From: Pseudomonadota bacterium
GTDB lineage: Bacteria; Pseudomonadota; Alphaproteobacteria; Dongiales; Dongiaceae
Direction of reading: 5' to 3'
DNA: 64,000 bases
Assembly: GCA_049323455.1 (NCBI GenBank)
Contig: JBMONF010000029.1
Location: 3,029 to 67,028, forward strand
Positions 53,743 to 63,090 of this stretch are shown piece after piece. A program made the translations under genes and the position numbers. The first letter of the stretch is position 1. The number at the start of each line of letters is the position of its first letter. The notes below the pieces were generated by a model, which did not search any database, was not told the origin of the DNA, and saw only the letters and a list, made by a program, of their open reading frames with translations.

Positions 53743-56184
53743 ATGAGAGCGGAAGGCGAGGCGCAAGAGCACCGGCCCGGGCGCGAGCGGTCCCAGCGCG
53801 AGCAGGAGCTGCGCGCGCGGCTGGAGCGCGATCCCGGCGACGCCGAGGCGCTCAACGAGCTGGGCGTGGCCTGCTTCGAGGCCGGGCGGCGACGCGAGGC
53901 GGCCGATCTGTTCGAGCGCGCCATGGCGCTGGATCCGCGCGATGCCGTCTTCCGCTGCAATCTCGGCAATGCGCTGGCCGTCACGGGGCGCCCCGAGGCG
54001 GCCATCGCTCACTATCGCAAGGCGATCCTTGCCGATCCGCGGCTGGCGCAGGCGCATTTCCTGCTCGGCAACGCGCTGCGCGATCTCGGCCGCGACGAGG
54101 AGGCGGCGGCGGCTTACGGCCTCGCCATCGGCCTCGATCCGCGTCTGGCGGCAGCCGAGCGCCAGCTCGCCGCCGTCTGCCGCCGCCTCGGCCGCAAGGA
54201 GGCGGCCATCGCCGCCTATCGGCGCGCGCTCGCGATCGAGCCCGACCGTCCGACGATCCGTTTCAATCTCGGCAATTTGCTGCGCGAGCAAGGCAGCCTG
54301 GAAGAGGCCGCCGCCTGCTATCGCGAAGCCCTGCGCCTGCAGCCCGGCCTTGCCGCCGCGGCCTGCAACCTCGGCCAGGTGCTCGAGGCGCAAGGGCGGC
54401 TGGACGAGGCCGAGATGCACTATCGCCGTGCGCTCGCCGCCGACGGCCGCCTCGTCGAGGCAGCCCGTAATCTCGCCGGCCTGCTCGAACGTCGGGGAAA
54501 GAACAAGGCAGCGATCGGAGCCTACGAGGCGCTGACAGCGCTGGCGGCCGACGACGCCGGGGCGTGGACCGCGCTGGGGCGCCTCCGGCAGCGCGATCGC
54601 CAGCCGATACCGGCGCTGGCCGCCTTCCGCCGCGCCCTCGATCTGGCGCCGACCGATGTGCGCACGCTGGTGGCGCTGATGCCCACGCTCGTCGCGCTCG
54701 ACCGGCCCGACGAGGCGATCGCGGCAGGCAAGCGCGCGCTGGCACTGGCACCCGGGCACGGGCCGGCCGCGGTAGGGCTCTTGGGTGTGCTGCAATCGGC
54801 CTGCCGCTGGCAGGAGGCCGCATCCCTGGCCGCGCTGGTGGACCGCCTCACCGACGCGGCGCTGATCGAAGGTGCTGTGCCGGATCAGACGCCCGGCGAC
54901 TTCCTCGCCCATTCGACGGACGGGGCCAAGCTGCGCCGGATCGCGGCCGCCTGGAGCCGGGCCGCGGCGGCGCGGGTGGCTCATGCGATGCTGCGCCGTC
55001 GTGCGCTCGACCGCGATCCCGAGCGCCGGCTTCGCGTGGCCTATCTTTCGGCCGACGCCCATGACCGTGCCGCCGGCCCTCTGCTGCGCGCGCTGTTTCG
55101 CCAGCACGACCGCCGGCGCGTCGAGGTCTTCGGCTTCCTGCGCGGGTTCGAGAGCGATAGCGACGAGCGCGCGGGAATCGCGGCCGACGCCGACCGTTTC
55201 GTCGATCTGAGCGACCTCCGGCCCGAGATCGCGGCGCAGCGCATCGCCGACGAGGCCGTCGACATTCTGGTGGATCTCGACGGCCACGGGGCGACGGGCG
55301 CGATGGAGATCCTGGCGCTGCGGCCGGCGGCGCTGCAGGTGGCATGGCCGGGCTTTCCCGGCACGACCGGCGCCGATTATGTCGACTACGTCCTCGCCGA
55401 CGCCGTGACGGCGCCGGCGGCCGACGCGGCGCTGTGGCGCGAGGCGATCTGCCGCCTGCCGCATGGCCATCGGCCGCTCGCCGGCGAGCCGACCGTGGCC
55501 GAACAGCCTGCCTCGCGCGCCGGGGCCGGGTTGCCGGAGGACGCGCCGGTGCTGGCCTGCTTCAACGACAGCGACAAGATCGAGCCGGCGATGTTCCGGC
55601 TCTGGATGGAGCTGCTGGGGGCCTTGCCCGGCGCCGTGCTGTGGCTGTTGTCGGGCGGCGGGCCGATGGAGGCGGAGTTGAAGCGCCAGGCCGCGGCGCG
55701 GGGCGTCGCACCCGAGCGCCTGCATTTCGCCCCGGTCGCGGCAAGCCCTGAGCATCGGCGGCGTCTGATGCTGGCCGACCTCGTGCTCGATACCCATCCC
55801 TGCAACGGCCCCGCCGCAACCGGCGATGCGCTCTCTGTCGGGGTCCCGGTGGTGACGCTGCGCGGCAACCATTGCGCCAGCCGCATGTCGGCGAGCCTGC
55901 TCGAAGGTGTCGGCGTGCCGGAGCTGATCGCCGCCGATCTCGAAGGCTATCGTCGCATCGTGCTGCGCTATGCGCGGGATGAGGTGGCGCTGGCCGGGCT
56001 CAAGGACCGGCTGCGCGCGGCGAGAAAGACCGCGCCGCTGTTCGACCTTGCCCGCTTTGCCCGCACGCTCGAGCGCGCCTACCGGGCGATGTGGCGGGCC
56101 CATCTCGCCGGCCGCGCGCCCGAGGCGCTCGACATCGCCGAGGAGGGCGCTTCAGCGGGCGGGCCCGGGGCGATAGCCGGGTGA
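53743..56184 (+). CDS. TPR-repeat protein fused to a GT41 (O-GlcNAc transferase/SPINDLY-like) glycosyltransferase domain
   Basis: ~9 TPR units (..A...Y..AL...P..A.A..NLGN.L...G...EA...Y..AL...P), then the C-terminal pattern FNDSDKI.P..F..WM.LL...P.AVLWLL.....E..L...A...GV...RL.FAP......H..R...AD..LDT.P.NG..T..DAL..GVPVVTL.G. Confidence 0.8.
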   Translation: MRAEGEAQEHRPGRERSQREQELRARLERDPGDAEALNELGVACFEAGRRREAADLFERAMALDPRDAVFRCNLGNALAVTGRPEAAIAHYRKAILADPRLAQAHFLLGNALRDLGRDEEAAAAYGLAIGLDPRLAAAERQLAAVCRRLGRKEAAIAAYRRALAIEPDRPTIRFNLGNLLREQGSLEEAAACYREALRLQPGLAAAACNLGQVLEAQGRLDEAEMHYRRALAADGRLVEAARNLAGLLERRGKNKAAIGAYEALTALAADDAGAWTALGRLRQRDRQPIPALAAFRRALDLAPTDVRTLVALMPTLVALDRPDEAIAAGKRALALAPGHGPAAVGLLGVLQSACRWQEAASLAALVDRLTDAALIEGAVPDQTPGDFLAHSTDGAKLRRIAAAWSRAAAARVAHAMLRRRALDRDPERRLRVAYLSADAHDRAAGPLLRALFRQHDRRRVEVFGFLRGFESDSDERAGIAADADRFVDLSDLRPEIAAQRIADEAVDILVDLDGHGATGAMEILALRPAALQVAWPGFPGTTGADYVDYVLADAVTAPAADAALWREAICRLPHGHRPLAGEPTVAEQPASRAGAGLPEDAPVLACFNDSDKIEPAMFRLWMELLGALPGAVLWLLSGGGPMEAELKRQAAARGVAPERLHFAPVAASPEHRRRLMLADLVLDTHPCNGPAATGDALSVGVPVVTLRGNHCASRMSASLLEGVGVPELIAADLEGYRRIVLRYARDEVALAGLKDRLRAARKTAPLFDLARFARTLERAYRAMWRAHLAGRAPEALDIAEEGASAGGPGAIAG

Positions 56185-56361
56185 AGAGCGCGGGCTGGGG
56201 CGCGTCGGCGCGAAGCCGAGGCGCCGCGCCGGCCGCGGCTCGGGCATATTTCTGAAAAAGTAACCTCAATTCTTTCTTAACCGCCGCTGTTGTGAAGTCC
56301 GTCTTGCGAGGGTGCGCGAAACGCGACCCCATGGGGCTCGGCACAGAGGGACACCGGAACG

Positions 56362-57036
56362 ATGAGCGACATCGAGCAACTGCAGCGGCGCGTCGAAGCG
56401 GCGGAGCGTCGCTTCGGCATGATGGGCGAGCAGCAGGGCAAGTACAGCGCCCGCCTGATTCAGCTGATGGACCGCATCGAGCAGCGCGCCGCCGAGCGCG
56501 AGCGCGAGCTCGATCGCCACATCGGCGAGATGCAGCGCCTGAAGCGCGACCACGAGCAGGTCAAGACGATGCTGCACGCGCTCCTGGCGGCGATCGAGGC
56601 CGGCGGCGGCGACGCGCTGATGGCGGCGCTGCACGAGATGGATCGCAAGGCCAGCGCGCTCGTGGGCGAAAGCCCCGCAGCCGAGATGTCGGCGGCGCAA
56701 GCGGCTGCGATGCTGGCACCGGCCGAGAAGACCGTGGCTGCCGGCGAGATGTTCCAGGGCCATTTCGAGGACGTCACGCCCGAGACGCTGGCGGCCGAGG
56801 AAGCGGCGGAGAACGAAGCCGCGGCGGAGGATCGGGTGGCGACGGATGTGCAGGCCGGGACGGGCGACACCGAAGCGGGCGGCGCGCCATCGGCCTCGCC
56901 GGTCGCCCATATCATTCAGCGCATCGGCCAGATGACGCGCGATCTGGCGGATCAGCCCCAGGCCGCGGCGCCGGCGTTGGCAGCCCGCCCGCAGGTCCGC
57001 CACGTCCAGGTGACGCTGCATCGGGCGGCGTCCTAA
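56362..57036 (+). CDS. Coiled-coil hypothetical protein
   Basis: 224 aa. The N-terminal ~100 aa is heptad-rich and charged (QLQRRVEAAERRF...RIEQRAAERERELDRHIGEMQRLKRDHEQVK). The C-terminal half is acidic and Ala-rich. A good terminator follows. Confidence 0.5.
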   Translation: MSDIEQLQRRVEAAERRFGMMGEQQGKYSARLIQLMDRIEQRAAERERELDRHIGEMQRLKRDHEQVKTMLHALLAAIEAGGGDALMAALHEMDRKASALVGESPAAEMSAAQAAAMLAPAEKTVAAGEMFQGHFEDVTPETLAAEEAAENEAAAEDRVATDVQAGTGDTEAGGAPSASPVAHIIQRIGQMTRDLADQPQAAAPALAARPQVRHVQVTLHRAAS

Positions 57037-57063
57037 CTCCCTTACGTCCGGCAGAGAGGGCTC

Positions 57064-57111
57064 GAGGGGGTCGGCTGCCGAGCCGGCCCCCTCCTTGTTC
57101 CGGCTCTTTTT
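57064..57111 (+). terminator. Rho-independent terminator
   Basis: GAGGGGGTCGGCT-gccg-AGCCGGCCCCCTC (13-bp stem, one G-U) is followed by a T-rich stretch ending CTCTTTTT. Confidence 0.55.
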
Positions 57112-57305
57112 CCGGTCGCCCATTGCCCGTCATCGAGCTTCCCGCTGGCATTGGAGAGTGCATCCGCTAGACTCCCTGGAACCTGGGGAGCGGCTGCCGG
57201 ACGGCCGATCCGGGATTCTGCGCCGGGTTGGCGGGGTGGCCCGGCGCAGCTAAAGGATCCATGCTGGCCTTCACCGGCATGGCGTGGGATGCAAGACGGG
57301 GGCTC

Positions 57306-58202
57306 ATGGCTGAGAATTCATCGAGACCGATCGCGGCCGATCGGATGGGAGTCGGTCGCCCGGACCAGACGGCGATCCGGCCGGGTTCGGAGCAGCACAA
57401 GCAGCTCTTCTGCCGCATGCTGCTGGATACGCACGATCCCTACCGGCCGGCGGTGATCCCCTGGCCCAAGCTGGATGACGCCGCCTTCGCGCGCCTCACG
57501 GGCCTGCCGGTCTGGAACATGGCGGTCAGGGTCGAGGGCACGGCCGCGATGGCGGTCGGGACCTATGCGGGAACCCTGCGCGATCCGCTGCTGCGCGAGG
57601 CGGTGACGCTCGACGCCAGAGAGGAGGCCCGGCACAAGGAGGTGCTGAGCTGTCTGATCGCCTTTTACGGGATCGCGCTCGAGCCCGAGCCGGACTATCC
57701 CAAGCCCGCCGATCCGGAGCTGGCTTTCCTGCGGACCGGCTATGGCGAATGCCTGGACAGCTTCTTCGCCTTCGGGCTGTTCGAGATCGCGCGGCGCTCC
57801 GGCTTCTTTCCGAGCGAGCTGGTCGAGACCTTCGAGCCGGTGATCCAGGAGGAGTGTCGGCATATCCTGTTCTTCGTGAACTGGCTGGCCTGGCATCGCC
57901 GTCAGCTTCCCTGGCCTCGGCGTGTCCTGTTCGACCTGCGCTGCGCGCTCGTGTTCTTGGGCCGCGTCAAGGAGCGCATCAAGACCGCCAAGGGCGTCGG
58001 CGGCCAGAAGAACTTCACCGCCACCAGCAGCAAGGCGATCCAGACCGACCTCAAGCCGCGCGATCTTTTCGAGCTCTGCCTCGCCGAGAACGACCGCCGC
58101 ATGGCGCGCTACGACGCACGCCTGACCCGCCCGCGCCTCGTGCCGGCGCTGGTGAAGATCGCGCTCAAATTCATGCCGGCGCGAGGGGCAGCCACCGCAT
58201 AG
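57306..58202 (+). CDS. Ferritin-like di-iron carboxylate family protein (function unknown)
   Basis: Two EXXH motifs spaced as in di-iron four-helix-bundle enzymes (REEARHKEVL; QEECRHILFF), plus intervening acidic residues (GYGECLDSFF). The start is uncertain (57306 ATG; other in-frame candidates upstream). Confidence 0.5.
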   Translation: MAENSSRPIAADRMGVGRPDQTAIRPGSEQHKQLFCRMLLDTHDPYRPAVIPWPKLDDAAFARLTGLPVWNMAVRVEGTAAMAVGTYAGTLRDPLLREAVTLDAREEARHKEVLSCLIAFYGIALEPEPDYPKPADPELAFLRTGYGECLDSFFAFGLFEIARRSGFFPSELVETFEPVIQEECRHILFFVNWLAWHRRQLPWPRRVLFDLRCALVFLGRVKERIKTAKGVGGQKNFTATSSKAIQTDLKPRDLFELCLAENDRRMARYDARLTRPRLVPALVKIALKFMPARGAATA

Positions 58203-58313
58203 GCGCTGACGCCCGCCGCTGCCTTCGTTAAACTCGCGTCCTTTCGGGCAGCCTAGCCGGGACAACCGGCACCGTGGCGCCGAGTATTCGGGGTTGGATG
58301 CCGAGGCTTCCTA

Positions 58314-58395
58314 CCCCCTCATCCGCGTCGGGGCTTCGCCCCTCCTTTTCCTCTCCCCTCCCGAAATCGGGAGGGGAGAGATGTAGGTGAGGGGG
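58314..58395. repeat. Nested palindromic element (family 1) in the oxoprolinase leader
   Basis: Terminal CCCCCTCA (58314-58321) / TGAGGGGG (58388-58395). The inner hairpin CTCTCCCCTCCCG-aaat-CGGGAGGGGAGAG (58351-58380) has a perfect 13-bp stem. A small GGGGC-ttc-GCCCC hairpin is also present. Confidence 0.55.
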
Positions 58396-58450
58396 AGGGC
58401 GCCGCGGGGCTCATCGTTGAACACGACTATTCATCGGGCGGGAGAAAAAC

Positions 58451-61400
58451 ATGGCGGATGGCGGAGCCGGCGGGGCGCGCTGGCAGTTCTGGATCGATCG
58501 CGGCGGCACCTTCACCGATATCGTCGCGCGTCGGCCCGACGGCCGCCTGATCACGCACAAGCTCTTGTCCGAGAACCCCGAGCGCTATCGCGACGCCGCG
58601 ATCCAGGGCATCCGCGAACTCCTGGGCTTAGGCGCCGGCGAGCCGATCCCGGCCGACGCCATCGCCGCCGTCAAGATGGGCACCACGGTCGGCACCAATG
58701 CGCTTCTGGAGCGCAAGGGCGACCGGACGCTCCTGGTCGTGACCAAGGGCTTCGCCGACGCGCTCCGGATCGGCTACCAGAACCGCCCCGACATCTTCGC
58801 CCGCCATATCGAGCTGCCCGAGCTGCTCTATGAGCGCGTGCTCGAGGTCGAGGAGCGCGTCACCGCCGAGGGCGAGGTGCTGGTGCCGCTCGATCTCGCC
58901 CGCGCACGGGCCGGGCTCGAGGCCGCCTATGCCGACGGCATCCGTGCCGTGGCGATCCTGCTGATGCACGGCTATCGCCACATCGCGCACGAGCGCGAGC
59001 TGGCCGAGGTCGCCGAGGCCGCGGGCTTCACGCAAGTCTCGGTCAGCCATCGGGTGAGCCCGCTCATGAAGCTCGTGGGCCGCGGCGACACCACGGTGGT
59101 GGACGCCTATCTCTCGCCGCTGCTCCGCCGCTATATCGACCAAGTGGCCTCGGAGCTCGGCGGCGCGCGGCTCATGTTCATGCAGTCGAACGGCGGCCTC
59201 ACCGACGCGAAGCTGTTCCAGGGCAAGGATTGCATCCTGTCGGGGCCGGCCGGCGGGATCGTCGGCGCGGTCGAGACCTCGCGCCAAGCGGGCTTCGACC
59301 ACATCATCGGCTTCGACATGGGCGGCACCTCGACCGACGTGTCGCACTATGCGGGCGAATACGAGCGCGCCTTCGAGACGCTGGTGGCGGGCGTGCGCAT
59401 GCGCGCCCCCATGATGCAGATCCACACGGTCGCGGCCGGCGGCGGCTCGATCCTCTTCTTCGACGGCGCGCGGCTCCGCGTCGGGCCGGAGTCGGCCGGT
59501 GCGGATCCCGGTCCCGCCTGCTACCGGCGCGGCGGGCCGCTCACCGTCACCGACTGCAACGTGATGCTGGGCAAGCTGCAGCCCGACTTCTTCCCGCGCA
59601 TCTTCGGGCCCGAGGGCGACCAGCCGCTCGATGCCGAGGTGGTGCGGTGGAAGTTCGCCGAGATGGCGGAGCGCATCGCCGATGCGACCGGCAATCGCCG
59701 CACGCCCGAGGAAGTGGCCGAGGGCTTCCTCACCATCGCGGTCGAGAACATGGCCAACGCCATCAAGGAGATCTCGATCCAGCGCGGCTACGACGTGACG
59801 CGCTACACGCTCTGCTGCTTCGGCGGCGCCGGCGGCCAGCATGCCTGCCTCGTCGCCGACGCGCTCGGCATGACGCGCATCTTCGTCCACCCCATGGCGG
59901 GCGTGCTCTCGGCCTACGGCATGGGGCTCGCGGACGTGCGCACCATGCGCGAGGCGGCGGTCGAGGCGAAGCTCGATGCGGCCGCGGTGGCCGAGGCGCT
60001 CGATCGGCTCGCGGGCCTCGAGGCCGACGCGCGCGCCGAGATGCACGCGCAAGGCCTCGCCGACGCGGCGCTGACGGCGGTCCGGCGCGTCCATCTTCGC
60101 TACGAGGGCACCGACGCGCCGCTGATCGTGACGCTGCCGGAGAGCGTTCCACCCCCACCCCAACCCTCCCCCGTCAAGGGGGAGGGGGAAGAATTTTCAT
60201 CCCCTCCCTCCTTGAGGGGGAGGGTGAGGGAGGGGGGTGATGCATCAGCCGCGCTCATCGCCGAGATCGTCGCGCGCTTCGAGGGGGCGCACCGCCAGCG
60301 CTACGGCTTCATCGTGCCCGGCAAGGGTCACATCTTGGAGGCGGTGTCGGTCGAGGTGATCGGCAAGACCGAGAGCGTCGAAGACCTGGCCATCGAGCCG
60401 GCGGCGCTCCAGGCGGCCCCACGGCCCCGCGCGCGCGTCCTCATGCGCGCCGCCGGCCTCGCGCACGACACGCCGCTCTATGATCGCGCCGATCTCAAGC
60501 CCGGCGACCGCGTGACCGGCCCCGCCATCATCGTCGAGCCGACCGGCACCAACGCGATCGAGCCCGGCTGGGAGGCGCGGCTGACCCCGCGCGGCCATCT
60601 GGTGCTGGAGCGCGTCGTGGCCTTGAAGCGCACCGCCGCGGTCGGCACCGAGGTCGATCCGGTCATGCTCGAGGTCTTCAACAACCTCTTCATGTCGATC
60701 GCCGAACAGATGGGCTCGACGCTCGAGAAGACCAGCTACTCGGTCAACATCAAGGAGCGGCTCGACTTCTCCTGCGCCATCTTCGACGCGCAAGGCCAGC
60801 TCATCGCCAACGCGCCGCACATGCCGGTGCATCTGGGCTCGATGGGCGAGAGCATCCGCACCGTGATCCGCAGCCGCGCGGGCCGGATGCAGCCGGGCGA
60901 CGTCTATGTGTTGAACGCGCCCTATAACGGCGGCACGCACCTGCCCGACGTGACGGTGATCACGCCGGTGTTCGAGCGGGAAGCGGACGCCTCATCCTTC
61001 GAGACGCCCCTTTCAGGGGCTCCTCAGGATGAGGCGAACTCAAAGAGCCGGCCTCACCCTGAGGAGGCGCCGCAGGCGCCGTCTCGAAGGGCGAGGCCGG
61101 AAGAAAACCGCGTCCTCTTCTATGTCGCGAGCCGCGGGCATCACGCCGACATCGGCGGCATCACGCCGGGCTCCATGCCGCCCGACAGCAAGACGGTCGA
61201 GGAGGAGGGCGTCCTCATCGACGATTTCACCCTGGTCGATCGCGGCCGCTTCCGCGAGGCGGAGCTGCGGGCGCTCCTGGCCTCGGGGCCCTATCCCGCG
61301 CGCAACCCCGACCAGAACGTGGCCGACCTCAGGGCGCAGATCGCGGCCAACGAGAAGGGCGTGCAGGAGCTCCGGCGCATGGTGGCCCAGTACGGGCTCG

Positions 61401-62326
61401 ACGTGGTCTGGGCCTATATGGGGCACGTCCAGGACAACGCCGAGGAGCAGGTGCGCCGCGTCATCTCGGTGCTGAAGGACGGCAGCTTCACCTATCCGCT
61501 CGACGACGGCAGCAAGATCGCGGTCTCGATCAAGATCGACCATGCCAACCGGTCGGCGCGGATCGACTTCAGCGGCACGAGCCCGCAGGTCGCGACCAAC
61601 TTCAACGCGCCCGCGGCCGTGTGCAAGGCCGCGGTGCTCTACGTCTTCCGCACGCTGGTCGACGACGACATCCCGATGAACGAGGGCTGCCTCAAGCCGC
61701 TCGAGGTGATCATCCCCGAGGGCTCGATGCTGAACCCGCGCTACCCGGCCGCGGTGGTGGCGGGCAATGTCGAGACCTCGCAATACGTGACCGACGCGCT
61801 CTACGGCGCGCTCGGCGTGATGGGGGCCGCGCAGGGCACGATGAACAACTTCACCTTCGGCAATGCGCGCTACCAGTATTACGAGACCATCTGCGGCGGC
61901 TCGGGCGCTGGCCCCGATTTCGACGGCACCGACGCGGTCCACACCCACATGACCAACTCGCGCCTGACCGACCCCGAGGTGCTGGAGTGGCGCTTCCCGG
62001 TGCTGGTCGAGAGCTTCGCCATCCGGCGCGGCTCGGGCGGCAAGGGGCGGCACCGCGGCGGCGACGGCGTCGTGCGCCGCATCCGCTTCCGCGAGGCCAT
62101 GACGGCCGCGATCCTCTCGGGCCATCGCAAGGTGCCGCCCTATGGCATGGCGGGCGGCGAGCCGGGGGCGGTCGGGAAGAACTACGTGATCCGCGCCGAC
62201 GGCACGCGCGTCGAGCTCGGCTCGACCGACAGGATCGAGATGAACCCGGGCGACCTCTTCGTGATCGAGACGCCGGGCGGCGGCGGCTACGGCAAAGCGG
62301 CGGAGGCGAAGAGGGCGGCGGAGTAG
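58451..62326 (+). CDS. 5-oxoprolinase (ATP-hydrolysing), fused hydantoinase A/B (HyuA-HyuB) type, carrying two in-frame repeat-derived insertions
   Basis: 1291 aa. The N-terminus [14 protein letters not shown] is the hydantoinase_A pattern, followed by [10 protein letters not shown]. The hydantoinase_B half contains [58 protein letters not shown], and ETICGG.GAG. The ORF is intact across both insertions. Confidence 0.88.
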   Translation: MADGGAGGARWQFWIDRGGTFTDIVARRPDGRLITHKLLSENPERYRDAAIQGIRELLGLGAGEPIPADAIAAVKMGTTVGTNALLERKGDRTLLVVTKGFADALRIGYQNRPDIFARHIELPELLYERVLEVEERVTAEGEVLVPLDLARARAGLEAAYADGIRAVAILLMHGYRHIAHERELAEVAEAAGFTQVSVSHRVSPLMKLVGRGDTTVVDAYLSPLLRRYIDQVASELGGARLMFMQSNGGLTDAKLFQGKDCILSGPAGGIVGAVETSRQAGFDHIIGFDMGGTSTDVSHYAGEYERAFETLVAGVRMRAPMMQIHTVAAGGGSILFFDGARLRVGPESAGADPGPACYRRGGPLTVTDCNVMLGKLQPDFFPRIFGPEGDQPLDAEVVRWKFAEMAERIADATGNRRTPEEVAEGFLTIAVENMANAIKEISIQRGYDVTRYTLCCFGGAGGQHACLVADALGMTRIFVHPMAGVLSAYGMGLADVRTMREAAVEAKLDAAAVAEALDRLAGLEADARAEMHAQGLADAALTAVRRVHLRYEGTDAPLIVTLPESVPPPPQPSPVKGEGEEFSSPPSLRGRVREGGDASAALIAEIVARFEGAHRQRYGFIVPGKGHILEAVSVEVIGKTESVEDLAIEPAALQAAPRPRARVLMRAAGLAHDTPLYDRADLKPGDRVTGPAIIVEPTGTNAIEPGWEARLTPRGHLVLERVVALKRTAAVGTEVDPVMLEVFNNLFMSIAEQMGSTLEKTSYSVNIKERLDFSCAIFDAQGQLIANAPHMPVHLGSMGESIRTVIRSRAGRMQPGDVYVLNAPYNGGTHLPDVTVITPVFEREADASSFETPLSGAPQDEANSKSRPHPEEAPQAPSRRARPEENRVLFYVASRGHHADIGGITPGSMPPDSKTVEEEGVLIDDFTLVDRGRFREAELRALLASGPYPARNPDQNVADLRAQIAANEKGVQELRRMVAQYGLDVVWAYMGHVQDNAEEQVRRVISVLKDGSFTYPLDDGSKIAVSIKIDHANRSARIDFSGTSPQVATNFNAPAAVCKAAVLYVFRTLVDDDIPMNEGCLKPLEVIIPEGSMLNPRYPAAVVAGNVETSQYVTDALYGALGVMGAAQGTMNNFTFGNARYQYYETICGGSGAGPDFDGTDAVHTHMTNSRLTDPEVLEWRFPVLVESFAIRRGSGGKGRHRGGDGVVRRIRFREAMTAAILSGHRKVPPYGMAGGEPGAVGKNYVIRADGTRVELGSTDRIEMNPGDLFVIETPGGGGYGKAAEAKRAAE
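60149..60240. repeat. Family 1 C-run/G-run palindromic element inserted in frame within the oxoprolinase CDS
   Basis: CCCTCCCCC-gtcaa-GGGGGAGGG (60164-60186, perfect 9-bp stem). A second, imperfect hairpin CCCCTCCCTCC-ttga-GGGGGAGGG follows, then a terminal GGGTGAGGGAGGGGGG. It translates as ..[30 protein letters not shown].. Confidence 0.55.
60989..61097. repeat. Family 2 long imperfect palindrome inserted in frame within the oxoprolinase CDS
   Basis: GCCTCATCCTTCGAGACG (left end) pairs with CGTCTCGAAGGGCGAGGC (right end). Inner arms: CTCCTCAGGATGAGGC / GCCTCACCCTGAGGAG. It shares the exact 10-bp stem GCCTCATCCT/AGGATGAGGC with 12226-12256. It translates as ..[37 protein letters not shown].. 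Confidence 0.55.
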
Positions 62327-62358
62327 GAAATAGCCTTCTCCCGTTGCGGTCACTTGCC

Positions 62359-62478
62359 GTCATCCCGGAACGGCGAAGCCGTTATCCGGGGTCCATGCCG
62401 AGGTCAGCGCGCTGCTGCGAGCGTTTTCCGGAGGCATGGATCCCGGATCTCGGCGCGTCGCGCCTCGTCCGGGATGAC
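62359..62478. repeat. Family 3 ~120-bp palindromic element (GTCATCCCGG ... CCGGGATGAC)
   Basis: The left arm GTCATCCCGGAACGGCGAAGCCGTTATCCGGGGTCCATGCC pairs with the right arm GGCATGGATCCCGGATCTCGGCGCGTCGCGCCTCGTCCGGGATGAC. The termini are perfect 10-bp inverted repeats. It lies between the convergent oxoprolinase and cupin genes. Confidence 0.55.
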
Positions 62479-62492
62479 CGGCTGGGCGCCGG

Positions 62493-62921
62493 TCACTTAT
62501 CGAACACCGTCAGCTTCGCGCCCTCGGGCGCCACGATGATCGCGATGAGCTTGGCGGGCTCGGTCTGGCTCGCGTTCTCGCTGACGAGATGCCGGGAGCC
62601 GGGCGGCTCGAAGAAGCTCTCGCCGGCGCGATAGACGCGCGCCTCGCCGCCGCTCACCTGCGAGCGGATGGCGCCCTCGATCACATAGGCCATGACCGAG
62701 CCCGCATGGTGATGGGCCGCCGACTTGCCGCCGGGGCCGTATTCGACCAGCACCGCGGTGAGGCGGTTGCCGGGCAGGTTGGGCAGCGCCTCGCTCATGA
62801 CGGGCGTGATCTTCGCCTCTCCGCCGGTGACCGTGCCGGCGAGCAGGTCTGGCGCCACGGCGAGCAGGAGGCCGCCCGCGAAGGCGAGGGCGAGGGGAAG
62901 TCGGGAGAGAAGAATCTTCAT
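62493..62921 (-). CDS. Secreted cupin-domain protein
   Basis: ATG at 62921 gives MKILLSRLPLALAFAGGLLLAVA (signal peptide). Cupin motifs: G.SAAHHHAGSVMAYVIEG and GESFFEPPGSRHLVSEN. The longer ORF-track N-terminus (to 63056) is translation of a repeat element. Confidence 0.65.
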   Translation of the reverse strand: MKILLSRLPLALAFAGGLLLAVAPDLLAGTVTGGEAKITPVMSEALPNLPGNRLTAVLVEYGPGGKSAAHHHAGSVMAYVIEGAIRSQVSGGEARVYRAGESFFEPPGSRHLVSENASQTEPAKLIAIIVAPEGAKLTVFDK

Positions 62922-63013
62922 GGAGCTTGCCTCTGACACATCATTGAGTCGCCCCCGCGAAGGCGGGGGCCCATGAACACGGACTGAGCCACTCTGTCCA
63001 CGACGGTGGTCTT

Positions 63014-63054
63014 GGATCCCGGGCCTGCGCGCTTCGCGCTCCGCCCGGGATGAC
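63014..63054. repeat. Family 3 half-element
   Basis: GGATCCCGGGCCTGCGCGCTTCGCGCTCCGCCCGGGATGAC is similar to the right arm of 62359-62478. The perfect hairpin GCCCCCGC-gaag-GCGGGGGC lies nearby at 62951-62970. Confidence 0.4.
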
Positions 63055-63090
63055 AATGAAGAGTTAGAACCAGCGGCGATCTCGTCGGCT

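Noticed and set aside
53501-53746. An 81-aa ORF whose stop overlaps the TPR/GT41 gene start in an ATGA. Its tail (..AGDLVGAEPDLRRAMAANPDAAAV..) looks faintly TPR-like, hinting at a frameshifted N-terminus or a coupled leader peptide.
   Set aside because: The resemblance is weak and the composition is typical of GC-rich noise. The annotated frame already begins with a plausible first TPR (ELRARLERDPGDAEALNELG). It cannot be decided without orthologue alignment, so it is not called.
62347-62498. CGGTCACTT occurs on both sides of the 120-bp family 3 element, a possible target-site duplication.
   Set aside because: The right copy is 12 nt away from the element end and overlaps the cupin gene stop codon. 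The match is most likely coincidental.
62922-63056. N-terminal 45-aa extension of the cupin ORF (MSSRAEREARRPGIQDHRRG...).
   Set aside because: The extension is the translation of a family 3 repeat half-element. The internal ATG at 62921 gives a proper signal peptide.
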